Positions 29,214 through 38,230 of a DNA stretch of 64,000 bases are shown piece after piece. Both the position numbers and the translations under genes were made by a program. The stretch's first letter is position 1; each line of letters starts with the position of its first letter. The stretch lies in IMG/VR virus record IMGVR_UViG_3300028840_003924, positions 72,133-136,132 of that record. One strand, 5' to 3'. Source of the DNA: a virus. The notes under the pieces were generated by a model. That model did no database searches, was not told the origin of the DNA, and saw only the letters and a program-made list of their open reading frames with translations.

Positions 29214-29720
29214 ATGGAACCCGCTTATCAACATGCTTTGGAGACGGGGGCGATTGTCGTCGTCGTTGCATTCGTCGTCGTTATCCTTTTGTGTAAAGTT
29301 CGCAGCGCCCTTTGTGCAGAGCAGGAAGAAAGGACTTTCACCCGGTACGCCATGATGGCTGGAGGTTTGGCTACCATCGTCACCGTGTGCGTCTTAGGCG
29401 CACACCTACCGCCAGTCGACGGTGTCGTGAAGCACGACCAAATACGAAAAGACCTGTGCTCCTTGCGAGGGTGGTACGTCGCTTCCACCACTGACGCCAT
29501 GTGGGAGTCTGACGAAGAACGTATGAAGTTGGCCGAAGACCTGGGAGAGAGACTTCTCGAAGTCGAACAGAGCTACGCCAACTTCATCCAAGAGACGGAT
29601 GACGACTACCTTCAACAACAACTGTACGTCCGCATGTGGGTGTACAGCGTGCTCACCTTCCTTGGTGTCGGTGGCCTCGGTACGCTGTTATATGGTTTGA
29701 TCCTCTGCGAAAGACTCTGA
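29214..29720 (+). CDS. Membrane protein (about 3 TM)
   Basis: AAGGAG RBS; three hydrophobic segments. Confidence 0.65.
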   Translation: MEPAYQHALETGAIVVVVAFVVVILLCKVRSALCAEQEERTFTRYAMMAGGLATIVTVCVLGAHLPPVDGVVKHDQIRKDLCSLRGWYVASTTDAMWESDEERMKLAEDLGERLLEVEQSYANFIQETDDDYLQQQLYVRMWVYSVLTFLGVGGLGTLLYGLILCERL

Positions 29721-29737
29721 GAATAAGGCGGCAATCC

Positions 29738-30469
29738 ATGAGATGCCCCTTTTGCTGGACCCCATACAATGAACAGGAGCGTCTGAAGTATTTCCCATTT
29801 TGTTCTCATTGGTGTCGCTTGAATGGCCTTAAGTGTGCCATGACACCTGACGATGACGACCTTGAACTGCGAAACAAAGCGAGAAAGGCTACGTTGAGCA
29901 GAAGTGATACGCTAGATGAACTCTATCTGAGTGAAGTTAATTTGGAGAATCCCATGTACGACGGTGTTGAAAATCATGGCAAAGCCTGTAGCTTGGATGT
30001 GGATATGAGTAAAGCCATCCGAGATGCTGCGGTACATTGCCGGGATGTTTGCGCACGGGAGCACATCAAAGCAACCGACCGGCATGAACGAGTCGGACTC
30101 TTCGTCACATCATTGCGACACCGTTGCAGTCTCTACACGGATCGTAACCTCAATCGGTATCTTTCCAAAAATATATGCAACAAGGCAATCTGGTACGACG
30201 CTGGTATCTTAGATAAACCTCTGGCCCAAAAGCTCGTCCCTACTTGCGACGTGGGTTGTTACGGTAATATGAACTTAGATCGACTTAAGAGGTGGATTAT
30301 GGTCGCAAAAATTGTCCCACTCGAAACAGAAGAGGCGGAAATCGACGCACTCATCACCGAAGCGAAAACTGACCTTGCTGAATTGAGGCAACTTGATACA
30401 ATACTTGATGACAACGCCACGCAATCAGAACGGTTAGCAGAAGAATTAACTGTCCTGCTGGCTGACTGA
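29738..30469 (+). CDS. Protein with N-terminal YacG-like zinc finger
   Basis: MRCPFC...YFPFCSHWCRLNGL resembles YacG CPxC...PFCSxRC..DL. Confidence 0.6.
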   Translation: MRCPFCWTPYNEQERLKYFPFCSHWCRLNGLKCAMTPDDDDLELRNKARKATLSRSDTLDELYLSEVNLENPMYDGVENHGKACSLDVDMSKAIRDAAVHCRDVCAREHIKATDRHERVGLFVTSLRHRCSLYTDRNLNRYLSKNICNKAIWYDAGILDKPLAQKLVPTCDVGCYGNMNLDRLKRWIMVAKIVPLETEEAEIDALITEAKTDLAELRQLDTILDDNATQSERLAEELTVLLAD

Positions 30470-30502
30470 CCAACCCAAACCCGGAGAGAACAGGAGTATC
30501 GT

Positions 30503-30868
30503 ATGGCACAATCAAATCCACGGGAAATACTGGAGGCCCTTTTGGGTAAGGATGCCCTATCGAAAAACCCTAATGCCGAAATCTTCAAGGAGGCGCTGGC
30601 CGAGATTACCGAAGGCCAGAAGGAGGCGAAGAAGAAGATCGTGAAGACAAAGGTGGAGGAAGCACTAAAGCTCCTTGCCGAAAGGGACAAACTGGAGAAG
30701 GAGACCAAGGGGAAGATCGCCAAGATCGACAAAACCTTGGGGAAACTCATCAAGGCCATCGATAGCATGTCCAAAGGGGAATGCCATTGCCAAGGGAAAT
30801 GTGAGGAGGGAGCAGCGCCCGCCGAAGAGGGTCAAGCTGAGGCCGAGAACCCCGGTGCCGAAGGTTAG
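30503..30868 (+). CDS. Coiled-coil hypothetical protein
   Basis: AGGAG RBS; charged heptads. Confidence 0.7.
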   Translation: MAQSNPREILEALLGKDALSKNPNAEIFKEALAEITEGQKEAKKKIVKTKVEEALKLLAERDKLEKETKGKIAKIDKTLGKLIKAIDSMSKGECHCQGKCEEGAAPAEEGQAEAENPGAEG

Positions 30869-30895
30869 GCGCTTAAGGCTATCGACGCAAGCTAC

Positions 30896-30939
30896 GAAAC
30901 CCACCACCCCGCACAGCGGGGTGGTGGGTTTCTTTTTTT
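30896..30939 (+). terminator. Rho-independent terminator, related to CCACC hairpin family
   Basis: GAAACCCACCACCCCGC-ACA-GCGGGGTGGTGGGTTTC followed by a T run. Confidence 0.85.
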
Positions 30940-31024
30940 GGGGGAATCCATCTTGACAGATGTCGACAAGGGGTGTAAAGGATAGGGAGTCAACCAAGAT
31001 TCTGCTCACACGGAGGCCACTCTC

Positions 31025-31429
31025 ATGTCCGACAAGGTAATCGCTACCCTTATGGTTGTGGGCGCTCTTACCGTCTTCACCTTGCTGCTCACTCCGACCA
31101 TCTACTACAGCTTTACGTGGAAAGAGATCGGCTATGTCGAGAGCGTTGAGGCGACCGTCACCAGAGATCGCAGTATAAAGCAAGTCAAGATGGTGACGAT
31201 CCACATGGAGAACAGCGAGAAGAGGCGAATCAAAATGCCGATGGGCGTTCACATTCAAGCTGGCTACTGGTACATCTTTGATTTCGCTCGCAATCCGGGC
31301 GGTGGCCTCCGTATCGAGAAGTACCAGAAGATCGAAGATAAGAGTTTCAAACCACCACTCATCGATACTATCACGGAACCTATTTCATTAGAGGAGGAAT
31401 CTCATGTCGGGGGAGAGGCTGGAAGATAG
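31025..31429 (+). CDS. Membrane-anchored OB-like hypothetical protein
   Basis: GGAGG RBS; N-terminal TM. Confidence 0.65.
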   Translation: MSDKVIATLMVVGALTVFTLLLTPTIYYSFTWKEIGYVESVEATVTRDRSIKQVKMVTIHMENSEKRRIKMPMGVHIQAGYWYIFDFARNPGGGLRIEKYQKIEDKSFKPPLIDTITEPISLEEESHVGGEAGR

Positions 31430-31880
31430 GTCGTTGCTTCAAGTCCAATTACGAATCGCACGGGGGGAACTTAAGGCGCAATCGGTGGATATTGAATGTC
31501 CAAAGTGCCATAAGAGTATGCCCAATCAATGTAAGAAATGCGGACATATCCTGGTCCCATCACTCAGGACGTTTCCGCAACATGCGACGGGCATTATCAC
31601 GCCCGACGATGGCTGGGTGGCTGTCCACGAGACCTTCGGCGGGATGCTTCCACTGAAAGGAGGCAAGTTGGACGAGTTAGTCGATCCTGGTCTTCGAGCT
31701 AAGATTGCTTACGAGCAATATCATTATGCGGAGATGATGGAGCATCTTCACAACGGTCTCCAACCTCAAATCCGGTTGGTGACCTATGAGATGGTCCCAA
31801 GACCTCTCATGGAAAACGATAAGGATCACGGCGTCATCATGATCGAGGGAAAGAAAACAAGAACCCAGAGGAACCTTTAG
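31404..31880 (+). CDS. Zinc-ribbon protein
   Basis: CPKC...CKKC; GAGGAGG RBS. Confidence 0.65.
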   Translation: MSGERLEDRSLLQVQLRIARGELKAQSVDIECPKCHKSMPNQCKKCGHILVPSLRTFPQHATGIITPDDGWVAVHETFGGMLPLKGGKLDELVDPGLRAKIAYEQYHYAEMMEHLHNGLQPQIRLVTYEMVPRPLMENDKDHGVIMIEGKKTRTQRNL

Positions 31881-31891
31881 GAGGTTACGCC

Positions 31892-32449
31892 ATGCGATAC
31901 ATGTTGATTGTGCTTACAGCCTGTCTGCTGGCGGGTTGTAAGGAGGATGTTATTGGCACCGTACTCAAAGTCGATCAAGTGATCATCAAAAGTGATCAAA
32001 ACAATTTGACTGAATACGATGTCATTACGGTTCAAACTGATAGCGGCGAGGAAGAGCAGTACTATCGGGTCGCAACCGGATTTGAGTGGAAGATCGGTAG
32101 CCGGTACATCTTTAAGTTCGCCGACAGTAAAGTCAATGGTTGCCCAAGGATTAACCACCTTCACGAAACAACGGCCCAAATCCTCGATGAGGACGAGAAG
32201 GTCGCCGAGGTGGAGTTCACCGAGATTCCTCTTGAGGAAACGGAAGCCGAAAAGGAAGAGGAGGAAGAGGAAGCGATCTCTCATATCGATAAGCTTGATC
32301 TGAAGTGCGAGGAGCTTAATGACCGGTTTCAGTGTCTCAGACTTGCTTTGCAACAATTATACAATCATCAAGCCATTGAAATCGAGAAACTCAAACTCCA
32401 AGTAAAAGCTCTACAAGAACAAAATGAACAAGCACACTATAGACATTAG
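31892..32449 (+). CDS. Lipoprotein with C-terminal coiled coil
   Basis: MRYMLIVLTACLLAGC lipobox; AGGAGG RBS. Confidence 0.7.
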   Translation: MRYMLIVLTACLLAGCKEDVIGTVLKVDQVIIKSDQNNLTEYDVITVQTDSGEEEQYYRVATGFEWKIGSRYIFKFADSKVNGCPRINHLHETTAQILDEDEKVAEVEFTEIPLEETEAEKEEEEEEAISHIDKLDLKCEELNDRFQCLRLALQQLYNHQAIEIEKLKLQVKALQEQNEQAHYRH

Positions 32450-33543
32450 TACGGCGTAATCAAGTCACCACTCTGAAGAACGTAGGGCTCAATCGTAATC
32501 TGATCTGGTTCGGTGTTCGCACCCGTGTACGTGAACAACGTCAACTTCGCTGCATCGCCCACTTCTGCGCCCGCAGGATACTCGATCTTCCGAGTCACTC
32601 GGTTACTTCCGTCTACCACGTTGCTGGTGAAGAGATAGGTGGGCGAAGCACCTTGAAGCAACTCGTAGTCATCTCTCACGTCCGCTGCTGTATACCCTAA
32701 GCTATTACCACGGAAGTCTACGGCATTGTTGATTACGTCCTGCTCAACACCCGTCATCCAGACACCACGGGTACCACCTTGGGTTGTTGTATCAACAGCG
32801 ACACTGAAAGTATCCGCCGTCAGCACGGTTGCCGTGCGGGTACCATCCAAAGTCGCATCCGTATCACTGTTGGCAATCAAGATTGAATCCCCAGTGGTCA
32901 ATCCGTGGTTCGTTGATGTAATCACACCGGGGTTCGCCGACGTACAACTCTCAATCAGATGACCCAACGGTATCAGTTTGGTCACCGACGCCGGGTAGGT
33001 GTGAATGGAACCAACAATATGCCTCAGGTAGTACCAGGGTAGTTCGCACACGCCCGCATGCTGGTTGAACCGGAGGAGCGTCTCTGCACCACCGTTGGCA
33101 ATGAAGAAGATCATCTCAGTGTTGCTGTGCAACGTACTACGAATGATTACACGGCTCTCAGGACCACTTGTAGCTTGTGTTCCATCAAAACTCGTTATCG
33201 AAGCCTCAAAGCGGCTTGCGAAGAGATCATCGGCGTTCAAAGCTGCGATAATTTCTGCCGGGGTGACGGCGGTTACCACAGCGGCTGAGGCTGCTACATT
33301 GATCGTTAGGTTTGCAAACAGGTTGAGGTTTGGTCCGTGAGCAAAGGTGATCGTCAGGTTACTCGTCGGATTTCCATCCGCATCATTTCCCGACATATCA
33401 AACGGGCCCTTCACCCAGGTCATCACAATATCGGCACCACGACCTTTATTGGCTGGGCAATCATAGTTCTGGATATACTTCCGGTCGTCTACCAGTGACG
33501 GACCTTTGAAATCTTCGGCAAATGGGTTCTGAAAAAACGGCAT
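32446..33543 (-). CDS. Putative virion structural protein
   Basis: TSANPGVITSTNHGLTTGDSILI beta-barrel motif common in virion proteins; ATAGATA late-type motif upstream. Confidence 0.6.
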   Translation of the reverse strand: MPFFQNPFAEDFKGPSLVDDRKYIQNYDCPANKGRGADIVMTWVKGPFDMSGNDADGNPTSNLTITFAHGPNLNLFANLTINVAASAAVVTAVTPAEIIAALNADDLFASRFEASITSFDGTQATSGPESRVIIRSTLHSNTEMIFFIANGGAETLLRFNQHAGVCELPWYYLRHIVGSIHTYPASVTKLIPLGHLIESCTSANPGVITSTNHGLTTGDSILIANSDTDATLDGTRTATVLTADTFSVAVDTTTQGGTRGVWMTGVEQDVINNAVDFRGNSLGYTAADVRDDYELLQGASPTYLFTSNVVDGSNRVTRKIEYPAGAEVGDAAKLTLFTYTGANTEPDQITIEPYVLQSGDLITPY

Positions 33544-33633
33544 ACCTGTTTCCTTCTGGCTATCTATTCACACCTAGTTGCAGATACGAAGCCTCCACAC
33601 GGGCGTTGCATATGATATATAAGCCTGTGCAAA

Positions 33634-33669
33634 GAAAAACCACCCGGCGAAAACGCCGGGTGGTTTTTC
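33634..33669. terminator. Bidirectional-type intrinsic terminator
   Basis: GAAAAACCACCCGGCG-AAAA-CGCCGGGTGGTTTTTC downstream of the 33697-34095 gene. Confidence 0.8.
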
Positions 33670-33696
33670 AAATAGCCGAAAGGCATAGACATTTCG

Positions 33697-34095
33697 TCAC
33701 TTATTAACCACCGAAAGTATCTTTTTGGCCATAGCAAATGGTTCGACCGCTGGCTCCTCTGCCAGGATGCTCATCACATCGATAACTTCGGGGCAGTATT
33801 CGTCCATATCATGCTCATCCATGAAGCGAATTTTCTTGTTCAGGTCCACAAGCGACTCGCTGATTTCATCCCGTGCCTCTTCAAGCTGCTTTCTGGTCAC
33901 ACTGACCACTTGACAATCCTTTGCAAAGAGATTATTACCTTCCCAATCCTTATCTAGGGCTTTCGCTTTTAACGTATTGCCGTCATCTGAGGCATACGTA
34001 ACTTCGTACACCTTGCCCACAATGTAGCTGCTGCTATTGGAGTTCCTGATCGGGCGTACTAGGTTTCCGGGCTGAATTTTAACCTTCTGAAACAT
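33697..34095 (-). CDS. Hypothetical protein (SH3-like N-terminus plus coiled coil)
   Basis: AAGGAGG RBS before ATG 34095; IQPGNLVR...YIVGKVYEV. Confidence 0.65.
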   Translation of the reverse strand: MFQKVKIQPGNLVRPIRNSNSSSYIVGKVYEVTYASDDGNTLKAKALDKDWEGNNLFAKDCQVVSVTRKQLEEARDEISESLVDLNKKIRFMDEHDMDEYCPEVIDVMSILAEEPAVEPFAMAKKILSVVNK

Positions 34096-34149
34096 CGTCT
34101 TCCTCCTTATTCCTAGTATCGGTTTGCAGGGCCTCAAACTTTAGTGATA

Positions 34150-34178
34150 TTGCACCAGCGATCTTTTTTTCCTAAAAT
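34150..34178 (+). promoter_or_regulatory. Sigma70-type promoter
   Basis: TTGCAC-17 nt-TAAAAT upstream of ATG 34213. Confidence 0.55.
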
Positions 34179-34212
34179 GGGGCGTCAACCAAGCCCGCAG
34201 AAGGAGATTACC

Positions 34213-35439
34213 ATGAAGATGTTCGAGTCCAAGGGATTTCGTGTTCTCCATATTCCCACTAACGGCCCCAGTGATATCGTCAATGCCCGCATTGTGGTCA
34301 ACGTCGGAGCGGCCTATGAGCCGCCCGACTCATACGGAGCGGCCCACTTTCTGGAGCACATGTTCTACAAGGGTACTCCCAAGTGGAATTGGAGGGATTT
34401 GAATCTCTTGACATCGAAACTCGGCAATGCCAATGCATACACGAGCCACATGCGCACGGCCTTCTACTTAAGCTTTCGCCGCAAGGATTTGGCCCTGGCC
34501 ATCGAGGTCCTGACCGACATTCTCTTCAACGCCACGCTGTGTGAAGAAGAATTTACGAAAGAAAGGGACGTGATCATCGAGGAGTTCCACGCCGGTCAGG
34601 CCGACCCACTCATCTTCTTCTTCGGTCAACTTTACACCGATACCTTCGGCGAAAACTACGGCCACCCGGTCATCGGTAACGAGGACAGCCTCAAGGCAAT
34701 GACCACCGACAAGCTCCGCAACATTTGGCAATACTATAACCCCAGCAACCTGATCATTTCGGTGGCTGGGAACGTCGAAGAGGACGAAGTTAAGGATGTC
34801 CTCGAAAGGTACCTCCCTGAAAAAGAGCCAGTGGTCGCAACAGGGAATGCCCCTGAGTTCAACTGGGAGAACTACGACTTCAACCACATCTCCAAACAAG
34901 CCGTCATTGCCTTTACGGTAAGGGGCATCACCGGCAGAGAAGAGATCGAAAGGAACTTTGTTGCGGACATCTTCTGCAACGGCCTCGCCGGGCGACAACA
35001 TTCGCTACTCTACAACCGGATGCGAGAAGAGTTGGGTCTGTGTTACCAAATCGACTCTTACCACACAGCCAACGAACTGTACGGCGTAACAATCCTCTTC
35101 TGCTTGCTCGATGAAAAAAACGTCGAACAAGCTACCGAAGAGATCAACGCTATGATCGACAAGATAGTTGAAGAGGGCTTCAGCGACGAGTTGCTCGAAA
35201 CGTGCAAAGCCAACTACCTCTTCCAATTCGGTTGTCGATTGGAGACGAGTCGAGGTACCAACCAAATCGCCGACAGTTTCTTCTCGATTGGCGACTACCC
35301 GTTTGCCAAGTTGATCGATCCCGAGGAACGAAGTAGGGCGATTGACAGCCTCACCAACGACCACATCACAGAGTATGCCAACGAGTTCTTCGGCAAGCAC
35401 ATCCCCAGAAAAATCCTCCGTATGACCGAACAGAAGTAA
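34213..35439 (+). CDS. M16 family (pitrilysin-like) zinc peptidase
   Basis: GAAHFLEHMFYKGT inverted zincin, NAYTS, KERDVIIEE, LYNRMREELGLCY. Confidence 0.92.
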   Translation: MKMFESKGFRVLHIPTNGPSDIVNARIVVNVGAAYEPPDSYGAAHFLEHMFYKGTPKWNWRDLNLLTSKLGNANAYTSHMRTAFYLSFRRKDLALAIEVLTDILFNATLCEEEFTKERDVIIEEFHAGQADPLIFFFGQLYTDTFGENYGHPVIGNEDSLKAMTTDKLRNIWQYYNPSNLIISVAGNVEEDEVKDVLERYLPEKEPVVATGNAPEFNWENYDFNHISKQAVIAFTVRGITGREEIERNFVADIFCNGLAGRQHSLLYNRMREELGLCYQIDSYHTANELYGVTILFCLLDEKNVEQATEEINAMIDKIVEEGFSDELLETCKANYLFQFGCRLETSRGTNQIADSFFSIGDYPFAKLIDPEERSRAIDSLTNDHITEYANEFFGKHIPRKILRMTEQK

Positions 35440-35927
35440 TGCTTCAACCAATCACCTACTTTCGTGGGAAGAACTTCTTCCTTTCCAACTCCTTCCCCAT
35501 CAAGGTGAAGTATCAAGGCCGGATGTATCCCAGCGCCGAACATGCCTTTCAAGCGGTTAAGACATTCAACGACAAGGAGCGAGCTTGGATTGCCGCAGCC
35601 ACTGGGCCCGGCTTCGCAAAACAGCGAGGAAGGCAAGTAGAACTGCGCCAAGATTGGGACCATGTGAAAATCCCTTTGATGGATGCAATCGTGCGGGAGA
35701 AGTTTGCATCGTATTCGCTTCTGACGGCGATGCTCGTGGCCACGTTGGACCGAGAACTGATTCATGGGAATGTTTGCGGCGACACCTACTGGGGGGTATG
35801 TGCTGGCGAAGGAAAGAACCTGCTGGGGCGAATCCTGATGACGGTTCGCCGGGATTTGAACATGTCGGTAGGGCTCCTGATCAGAATGCAGGAAAAAGGC
35901 TTCAAAACCCGTGAAAAGTCGCAATAA
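35439..35927 (+). CDS. NADAR (YbiA-like) family protein
   Basis: FLSN, YPSAEHAFQAVK, AKQRGR, LRQDWD, DTYWG, GKNLLGRILM. Confidence 0.92.
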   Translation: MLQPITYFRGKNFFLSNSFPIKVKYQGRMYPSAEHAFQAVKTFNDKERAWIAAATGPGFAKQRGRQVELRQDWDHVKIPLMDAIVREKFASYSLLTAMLVATLDRELIHGNVCGDTYWGVCAGEGKNLLGRILMTVRRDLNMSVGLLIRMQEKGFKTREKSQ

Positions 35928-36088
35928 ACTGCTATTGGTGATTTCGGCGTTTTGGGGTATCCTTACCCTAATTGAAAAGGACCCGATATGCCCCGCTACC
36001 CACCTTAACCTTGACCATCACCTGTTTACCCCGCTCCATGAGGAGTTGGGGCTTACCCGTTTTTCCCTGTTTCAGAAAAGGTTTTCAC

Positions 36089-36568
36089 ATGAGTCAGACC
36101 CAAGAACCCCAACAGCCCGATAGGATGATCAACTCGGGCAGCGGTAAAACGATTGTGACATGCATCGTCGCTTTTGCCGCCATCCTCATCGTCGTCGCTC
36201 TGTTCCGACACTTCGGCGAGAAAGAACCGGAGGTCTCTCCGACGACGGAGACGCAGACCACGACGACCGAGGGTGAAACCACAGAAGGTACGACGGAAAC
36301 TCCCACTACCGGCACGGAGACCACCACCGAGACTCCGACGACCGGCGAGACTCCAACGGAGACGACTCCAACGGAGACGACTCCAACGACTCCAACGGAG
36401 ACGGAGACGACCCCGACGACTCCAACGGAGACGGAGACCACTCCGACGACGCCCACCGGGACTACGGATACCTCGGTGCCCGCTCCTGTGATTTCACCCG
36501 CCGCAGGGACACCAGAAACTACAACTGGAGGCACGACAACTGAGCCGACCTCCCCAAGTACGCCGTAA
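36089..36568 (+). CDS. Membrane-anchored Thr/Pro/Glu-rich protein
   Basis: TM IVTCIVAFAAILIVVALF then (TPTET) repeats. Confidence 0.7.
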   Translation: MSQTQEPQQPDRMINSGSGKTIVTCIVAFAAILIVVALFRHFGEKEPEVSPTTETQTTTTEGETTEGTTETPTTGTETTTETPTTGETPTETTPTETTPTTPTETETTPTTPTETETTPTTPTGTTDTSVPAPVISPAAGTPETTTGGTTTEPTSPSTP

Positions 36569-36594
36569 GTTGTCCAGTTTCACCGTCCCCAAAC

Positions 36595-36625
36595 CGCCCA
36601 CCTGCCGCTTTGCGGCAGGTGGGCG
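36595..36625. repeat. CCACC hairpin element, intergenic
   Basis: CGCCCACCTGCCGC-TTT-GCGGCAGGTGGGCG, 14-bp perfect stem 8 nt before ATG 36634. Confidence 0.8.
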
Positions 36626-36633
36626 TTACTACT

Positions 36634-36882
36634 ATGAACCTAGAACAAGTTGAACGATGGTTTGATGGCGCAGGGTTCAAACTCGATAACACCCTGCTTT
36701 GGTCCTTATACAAATCACTCCTCGCTGCCTCCATCGGTCACAGGGTTGTTCACAAATTTGAGCGATGTAAAAGCGACCCAAACGTACCAGGAGGGCTTGT
36801 CCGATTGCCGCCACTCGCCGACGACGAACTACCGCCATTCGATTGGGAGTACGAACTGATCAAGATAGCGAAGAACTTGTAA
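36634..36882 (+). CDS. Hypothetical protein
   Basis: ORF coupled (TAATG) to methyltransferase. Confidence 0.6.
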   Translation: MNLEQVERWFDGAGFKLDNTLLWSLYKSLLAASIGHRVVHKFERCKSDPNVPGGLVRLPPLADDELPPFDWEYELIKIAKNL

Positions 36883-37523
36883 TGTACACAAACTTGAAGA
36901 ACTCCGTACTCGTGACGGCTCTCGAAGAACTCGTGGGGACGATAGAGAGTGACGCCTGCTCGATCTTGGCGAGCGGCAAGGTAGTTGGCGAAGGTATCGA
37001 CTATCACAAATCTTATGGATTTGTTCCCTTCAACGTCACGAGCTTCATAGAGACGATGGTGGCCGTAGTTAGGCACATCCGAAAGCAGGGTTGCAATCCA
37101 TGGGACTTTACATTTCTGGATGCAGGTTGTGGTATCGGAACGAAGCTCATCCTTGCCGAGTCCATGGGATTCCCCGCTATTGGTTTGGAAATCGACCAGA
37201 AGATGATCCGACGAGCGAAGAGGCAATACGGCATCCGGAGCCTCAAAGTCTCCAAGGGGAGAATATTTCGATCCGCCCGCACACCAGTCATCGTCAATCA
37301 GGACGTTTTGAAGCACCACTACGACCACTATGGCGTCATCTTCTTCTACTGCCCGTTTCGGAATGACGAGTTGGAGAGCGAGTTCGAGCAACGGGTCTAC
37401 GAACAAATGTTGCCCGGTTCTTACGTCATCCCCAGAATGCACCAAAGCGAACTTCCGCAGAGCATAAAACCCATCGACAATCGTAGTCGAGTTTACTGGA
37501 AACCAAAGAGGAGGAGATCATGA
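36882..37523 (+). CDS. Class I SAM-dependent methyltransferase
   Basis: FLDAGCGIG motif I, GLEID motif II, VIFFYCPF. Confidence 0.88.
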   Translation: MYTNLKNSVLVTALEELVGTIESDACSILASGKVVGEGIDYHKSYGFVPFNVTSFIETMVAVVRHIRKQGCNPWDFTFLDAGCGIGTKLILAESMGFPAIGLEIDQKMIRRAKRQYGIRSLKVSKGRIFRSARTPVIVNQDVLKHHYDHYGVIFFYCPFRNDELESEFEQRVYEQMLPGSYVIPRMHQSELPQSIKPIDNRSRVYWKPKRRRS

Positions 37524-37819
37524 ACTGGCAAGCCATCTTTACCGATCCGATGACGTATATCCTCTGGTACGTCGTGTCCCTGTTGGTGGGCGCTCCTGTT
37601 TTCCGACACGCTTTCAAAAAAGCCAAAGTGCCGAAACACTACAGCGGCGAAAACAACTATGCCGAGATGTACGCCAGAGTCATCACGCTCTTAGTCTTCT
37701 CGCCCGTCACCGTTCCGGCCTACCTCATTATTTATTGGTTTCTCTGGCGGTGTTTGTTCAAGCCCGGAGCAGAATACATTCTGCCTGACTACGCACGATT
37801 ACCAGAGGGGGAAGAGTGA
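37520..37819 (+). CDS. Small membrane protein (2 TM)
   Basis: GAGGAG RBS; two hydrophobic segments. Confidence 0.65.
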   Translation: MNWQAIFTDPMTYILWYVVSLLVGAPVFRHAFKKAKVPKHYSGENNYAEMYARVITLLVFSPVTVPAYLIIYWFLWRCLFKPGAEYILPDYARLPEGEE

Positions 37820-38220
37820 CCATGGAGTTTTGCATTATAACCGCTATCGTCATTGGGCTGATCCTCTGGGCGATCTTCTCGCCAACAAAGAAGCCAGAGA
37901 AGCCAAACCCCGATGTCGGGAAGTCACCGCAGCAGTTGATCTTCGAGAGTTACCTCGACAACATCTTCGCATATCTCGACAACAAGAAGATGGTGAAGAA
38001 CCCATACACCGGCGAGTACGAAGACCCCAGCGAAACCTTCATGCGGGAGATCGAAGAGGGTATCGGTGTTCCCGAACAAGGCGCTGACGACTTCAGACGA
38101 TCCATGGCTGCCTTCGTTGCCATGACTGTTCAACATAAAGGGTCTGAGGCCCTCACATGGCATTCTAACTCCGACATGGAGAAAGCCATTAACGCCTACA
38201 TCGTGTTGTGTCGGCCATAA
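37816..38220 (+). CDS. TM-anchored PrkA/YeaG C-terminal domain fragment
   Basis: YLDNIFAY...KNPYTGEYEDPSETFMREIEEGIGVPEQGADDFRR matches the recalled PrkA C-terminal pattern. Confidence 0.7.
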   Translation: MTMEFCIITAIVIGLILWAIFSPTKKPEKPNPDVGKSPQQLIFESYLDNIFAYLDNKKMVKNPYTGEYEDPSETFMREIEEGIGVPEQGADDFRRSMAAFVAMTVQHKGSEALTWHSNSDMEKAINAYIVLCRP

Positions 38221-38230
38221 GGAACTTGTC

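Noticed and set aside
30953-30985. Promoter at TTGACA after the terminator
   Set aside because: The hexamer at 17-nt spacing is TAAAGG, too weak a -10 to call
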